Source: Candidatus Hydrogenedentota bacterium
Lineage (GTDB): Bacteria; Hydrogenedentota; Hydrogenedentia; Hydrogenedentales; SLHB01
Direction of reading: 5' to 3'
Length of the DNA stretch: 64,000 nucleotides
Assembly (NCBI GenBank): GCA_045863295.1
Contig: BTWA01000005.1
Coordinates: 160,001 to 224,000 of the forward strand
Every line of letters starts with the position of its first letter. Within the stretch, counting starts at the first letter, position 1. The notes under the pieces are model-generated. The model ran no database searches. It was not told where the DNA came from and saw only the letters and a list, made by a program, of their open reading frames with translations. This document shows positions 60,629 through 64,000 of the stretch, piece after piece. The position numbers and the translations under genes were made by a program.

Positions 60629-62043
60629 ATCGCAGAGATTTCCTGGGTTCGGTTGCCGTCGGTACGGCCGCGTCGGTGTTTACTAGAAGCGCTTCCGCGA
60701 AAGCACAGCCAAATGTGGTGTTTGTGTTTTCCGATCAATGGCGCGCTCAAGCAACGGGTTATGCGGGTGATCCCAACGTGAAGACGCCACATTTGGACCG
60801 GCTTGCCGCATCCAGTTTGAATTTGTGCAACGCTATCTCGGGCTGGCCGGTGTGCTCACCGTACCGCGGAAGCCTGCTGACCGGCCAGTATCCGCATACG
60901 CACGGCGTCTTCCTTAATGACGTGCCGTTAAATCCAGACGCCACGAGCGTGGCTGATGTATTCAGCGCGGAGGGCTATGCTACGGGGTATATCGGTAAAT
61001 GGCATGTAAACGGGCAGGGGCGATCCAACTTCATACCGCGCGAGCGGCGGCAAGGCTTTGACTACTGGAAAGTGCTGGAATGCACGCACAATTACAACGC
61101 ATCCGACTACTTCGCTGATCGGAACGAGTTGTTGCGTTGGGAAGGGTACGATGCGATTGCACAGACTCGGGATGCACAGGCCTACATTCGCGACCATGCG
61201 GGCAAAGAGCCCTTTGCGCTCTTTCTTTCATGGGGACCGCCGCACAACCCTTACGAGACCGCCCCGTCCCAATATAAGGACCTGTACAAACCAGAGGATC
61301 TTGTATTGCGTCCAAACGTGCCTTCGGACCACGAGGCCGGTTCGCGTGTTGACTTGGCTGGGTATTATGCCCACTGTTCCGCGCTCGACCAATGCGCGGG
61401 GGATATCTGGCAAACGTTGCGCGAAACGGGGATTGAAGACAATACAATTTTTGTTGTCACGTCGGATCACGGCGATATGTTGGGTTCGCAGGGTCAAAAG
61501 CGAAAACAACGTCCGTGGGATGAGTCCATTCGTGTGCCGTTTTTGTTGCATTATCCCACGCGGTTTGGGCAGATTGAGCGCAAAGTGGATGCGCTTATCA
61601 ATTCACTCGATCTGATGCCGACACTTCTCGGCTTGTGTGGATTGAATATACCCGATTCCGTGGAAGGAACGGATTTCACGCCCTACTTGACCGGCGAAAT
61701 GCAGACAACGGACGACGACGCGGCTCTGCTCGCTTGTTACTCGCCCTTTGGCGAATGGACACGGGCTCAAGGCGGGCGTGAGTTTCGCGGCGTTCGGACC
61801 CGTCGCCATACCTACATCCGTGCGCTGGAAGGGCCTTGGTTGCTGTACGACAACGAAACCGATCCCCATCAATTGGAGAATTTGTGCAACAAGCCGGAGA
61901 TAAAAGAGGAGCAGGCGCGCTTGGAAGGTATTCTTCAGGCCAAGTTAGCTATGGCGAAGGACGAGTTTTTACCGGGTTCGGAGTATATTTCAAAGTGGGG
62001 CTACGTAACCGACGCGAACGGTACGGTTCCCTATAGAGGTTAG
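60625..62043 (+). CDS. Tat-exported Cys-type sulfatase
   Basis: MNRRDFL; CSPYR, GKWH, SDHG. Confidence 0.92.
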   Translation: MNRRDFLGSVAVGTAASVFTRSASAKAQPNVVFVFSDQWRAQATGYAGDPNVKTPHLDRLAASSLNLCNAISGWPVCSPYRGSLLTGQYPHTHGVFLNDVPLNPDATSVADVFSAEGYATGYIGKWHVNGQGRSNFIPRERRQGFDYWKVLECTHNYNASDYFADRNELLRWEGYDAIAQTRDAQAYIRDHAGKEPFALFLSWGPPHNPYETAPSQYKDLYKPEDLVLRPNVPSDHEAGSRVDLAGYYAHCSALDQCAGDIWQTLRETGIEDNTIFVVTSDHGDMLGSQGQKRKQRPWDESIRVPFLLHYPTRFGQIERKVDALINSLDLMPTLLGLCGLNIPDSVEGTDFTPYLTGEMQTTDDDAALLACYSPFGEWTRAQGGREFRGVRTRRHTYIRALEGPWLLYDNETDPHQLENLCNKPEIKEEQARLEGILQAKLAMAKDEFLPGSEYISKWGYVTDANGTVPYRG

Positions 62044-62238
62044 CGTAAATTGTGTAACCTATTTATTTTCAGGCAGTTAAAGTGCTAGATCGTTGACAAC
62101 AAAGCTATGGTAATCTGTTGACAAATGTCGTAACAACTATATCTCAAATTGGTAATGTGACAGGGGCATTGCCGGACGGAGTGCGGCATTCACTCGGAAA
62201 CATTGTGCAAGCTGGATTTGGCAAAAGGAGGACACATC

Positions 62239-62388
62239 ATGGGTGACGATAGCGGAATCGGGTCGATCGTGGATGGATTCGTAAGCGACTTGCTGGCGCT
62301 GGTGCTTGCGTTCCTGCAACAGATATTCGCAGCCCTGTCGGAGATTTTCGGCGGTCTCGGCAGCGGCGAGGAAGAAGAAGAGTCTTAA
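62239..62388 (+). CDS. Small acidic amphipathic protein (49 aa)
   Basis: AAAAGGAGG RBS; MGDDSGIGSIVDGFVSDLLALVLAFLQQIFAALSEIFGGLGSGEEEEES; terminator follows. Confidence 0.7.
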   Translation: MGDDSGIGSIVDGFVSDLLALVLAFLQQIFAALSEIFGGLGSGEEEEES

Positions 62389-62412
62389 GCCGTTTTAGAT
62401 TCAGCCTTTGAA

Positions 62413-62448
62413 ATCCCCTGTCCGGATTAAATCGGACAGGGGATCTTT
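62413..62448. terminator. Hairpin between convergent genes
   Basis: ATCCCCTGTCCG-GATTAAAT-CGGACAGGGGAT then CTTT. Confidence 0.75.
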
Positions 62449-62449
62449 G

Positions 62450-63853
62450 TTAATCCTCCGACTGTTCGGGGATGAGTTGTTCCATTGGCGCAAGCTTCCA
62501 CTCGAAGACAGCCGCGCAGGCGAATGCGGCAAAAGCAACCGCCACGGACATGATGTAGGGATAGGGTGCTTCCACCCACGTACCCACGGCCCAAGCAACA
62601 ACCCCGACCAGCAGCGCGGCAAACGCGCTGATTCGGCCACCAAAGCGGTTTTGAAATGCGAATACCACCGCGATGAATACGCCGGAACTCCCAAAAGCAG
62701 AGGCCATCTCGACCAGATCGCGCACGCTTTGATCGCCGATGGCGAGCAGGTACGCCATGATGCCGAAAGCGACGACCACGATGCGGGCCGCGCGCACTTT
62801 CAGCTTCTCGTCGGTAATTTTGAGCGCTCCGACCACAATATTGTGCGAGACCAGCGAAGAGGCTGCGAGGAGCGCGCTGTCAACCGTGGAAAGGATGGCC
62901 GAAATCAGGGCGCCGGTGAAAATGACGTAGACGAAGCTGTTCAAATGTTGCTTTGCCAACACGGGCAGTATCTGTTCGCCGTCGTCGAGACCGGGTACAA
63001 GTCCGGGTCCCAAGAGGCCCAACGTCAACGGCATTAACCCGATTCCGATGTAAGCTATTCCGGCGATAATCGCAGATCGCTTGGCGACTTGGGCGGACCT
63101 CGAGGAGACCATACGGGCGATGAGTTCTTGGGCAAACAGCGAACCTAGTATTGGTATGGACCAGGCCTCGATGGTGGCCCAGATAGACTCGTCGTTACCG
63201 CCGAACCAAGTGAGGCGTTCTGGAACCAAGGCAACTTCCACCACTTCTTTCGTTACGTGCTGGGTGACCACGACAAAGAACAAAATGGCAATGCCGACCA
63301 CCAGCACAATGCCCTGAATCAAGTCTGTGTAGGCGTCTGCAAGCATGCCTCCCATGGTTGTATAGGCAATGACCACAGCCGCCGCGGCCGCCAGTGTAAT
63401 CTCCAGGGGTATATCCGTGGCGGTGGCGAGGATGTGCCCGAACGCGAGCACCTGGGCCGATGCCCACAGCACCGAAGTGGGAACAATGAGCAGTACGGCG
63501 AACTTTTCAACCCCTACGCCGTAACGTCGCCGAAACAAATCGCCTATGGTCGTGAGCTTCTGATTCCACAGGCGTACCGCGAAGAATCCTCCCAGGATCA
63601 AGATGCACAAGGCGTAGCCAAATGGATCCGCACGGCCTCCGGCAAGCCCTTCTTCGTAGATGACGCCTGCGGATCCGATGCAACTCTCCGATCCAAACCA
63701 CGTCGCGAAAATGGTCATCGTGGCCATCACATATCCGAGGCTTCGGCCAGCGACCAGATAGGCCTCTTCGTTGAGCATCTTCCGTGAAACCCAAGCGCCG
63801 ATGCCCAACTGAAGTGCAATGTACAGGACTATGCCAACGATTACGATGCTCAT
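62450..63853 (-). CDS. Sodium:solute symporter family protein
   Basis: YLVAGR.L, ATWFG, GGM.A..YTD..Q, SAILST.DS motifs. Confidence 0.92.
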   Translation of the reverse strand: MSIVIVGIVLYIALQLGIGAWVSRKMLNEEAYLVAGRSLGYVMATMTIFATWFGSESCIGSAGVIYEEGLAGGRADPFGYALCILILGGFFAVRLWNQKLTTIGDLFRRRYGVGVEKFAVLLIVPTSVLWASAQVLAFGHILATATDIPLEITLAAAAAVVIAYTTMGGMLADAYTDLIQGIVLVVGIAILFFVVVTQHVTKEVVEVALVPERLTWFGGNDESIWATIEAWSIPILGSLFAQELIARMVSSRSAQVAKRSAIIAGIAYIGIGLMPLTLGLLGPGLVPGLDDGEQILPVLAKQHLNSFVYVIFTGALISAILSTVDSALLAASSLVSHNIVVGALKITDEKLKVRAARIVVVAFGIMAYLLAIGDQSVRDLVEMASAFGSSGVFIAVVFAFQNRFGGRISAFAALLVGVVAWAVGTWVEAPYPYIMSVAVAFAAFACAAVFEWKLAPMEQLIPEQSED

Positions 63854-64000
63854 GTTGCCTTTCGGACCCCCAATGAAACTGGGTGTGAACTGGACGGCGG
63901 AATTGTCGCATGTGCGTTTGACCAGTGCAAGCGCTTGCCGCCTGATAAACCTGCGTCATTCCTGGTCGAGGAAGGCCATTACTGAGATCGCGCGAACGAC

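Noticed and set aside
63956..64000. Possible 3' end of an upstream minus-strand gene (VVRAISVMAFLDQE*)
   Set aside because: Too short to support at the window edge
1..64000. tRNA, rRNA, CRISPR arrays, transposases, integrases, prophage
   Set aside because: None recognised by eye; a covariance-model scan would be needed to exclude small RNAs fully

Overview
Gene-dense 64 kb chromosomal window from a moderately GC-rich, probably diderm bacterium. The protein repertoire (many secreted sulfatases, DUF1080, ceramidase-like, HEAT and TSP3 proteins) suggests Candidatus Hydrogenedentes or a similar lineage, but this is inference only. Housekeeping genes: yceD-rpmF-plsX-fabD-fabG, uppP, ilvA, mfd, fabI, an lgt-like gene and a nagD-like gene. 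Accessory modules: (i) a Dam-family methyltransferase coupled to a 140-aa PD-(D/E)XK nuclease; (ii) PTS IIA + PTS IIA-CBS + ArsB/NhaD-family transporter; (iii) a secreted catabolic cluster; (iv) three type IV minor-pilin-like genes, whose large PilX-like member carries a CxxCH heme-attachment-type motif, followed by a secreted HEAT protein; (v) a GldA/F/G-DUF4340 ABC transporter; (vi) two paralogous beta-propeller + helical-barrel proteins bracketing a GH30 and an MBL-fold hydrolase; (vii) a TSP3-repeat surface protein with a C-terminal anchor; (viii) Tat sulfatases. Three small proteins, two sigma54-type promoters and several terminators were read by eye. No tRNA, rRNA, CRISPR array or intact mobile element was seen. 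All product calls come from recalled family motifs, not database searches.
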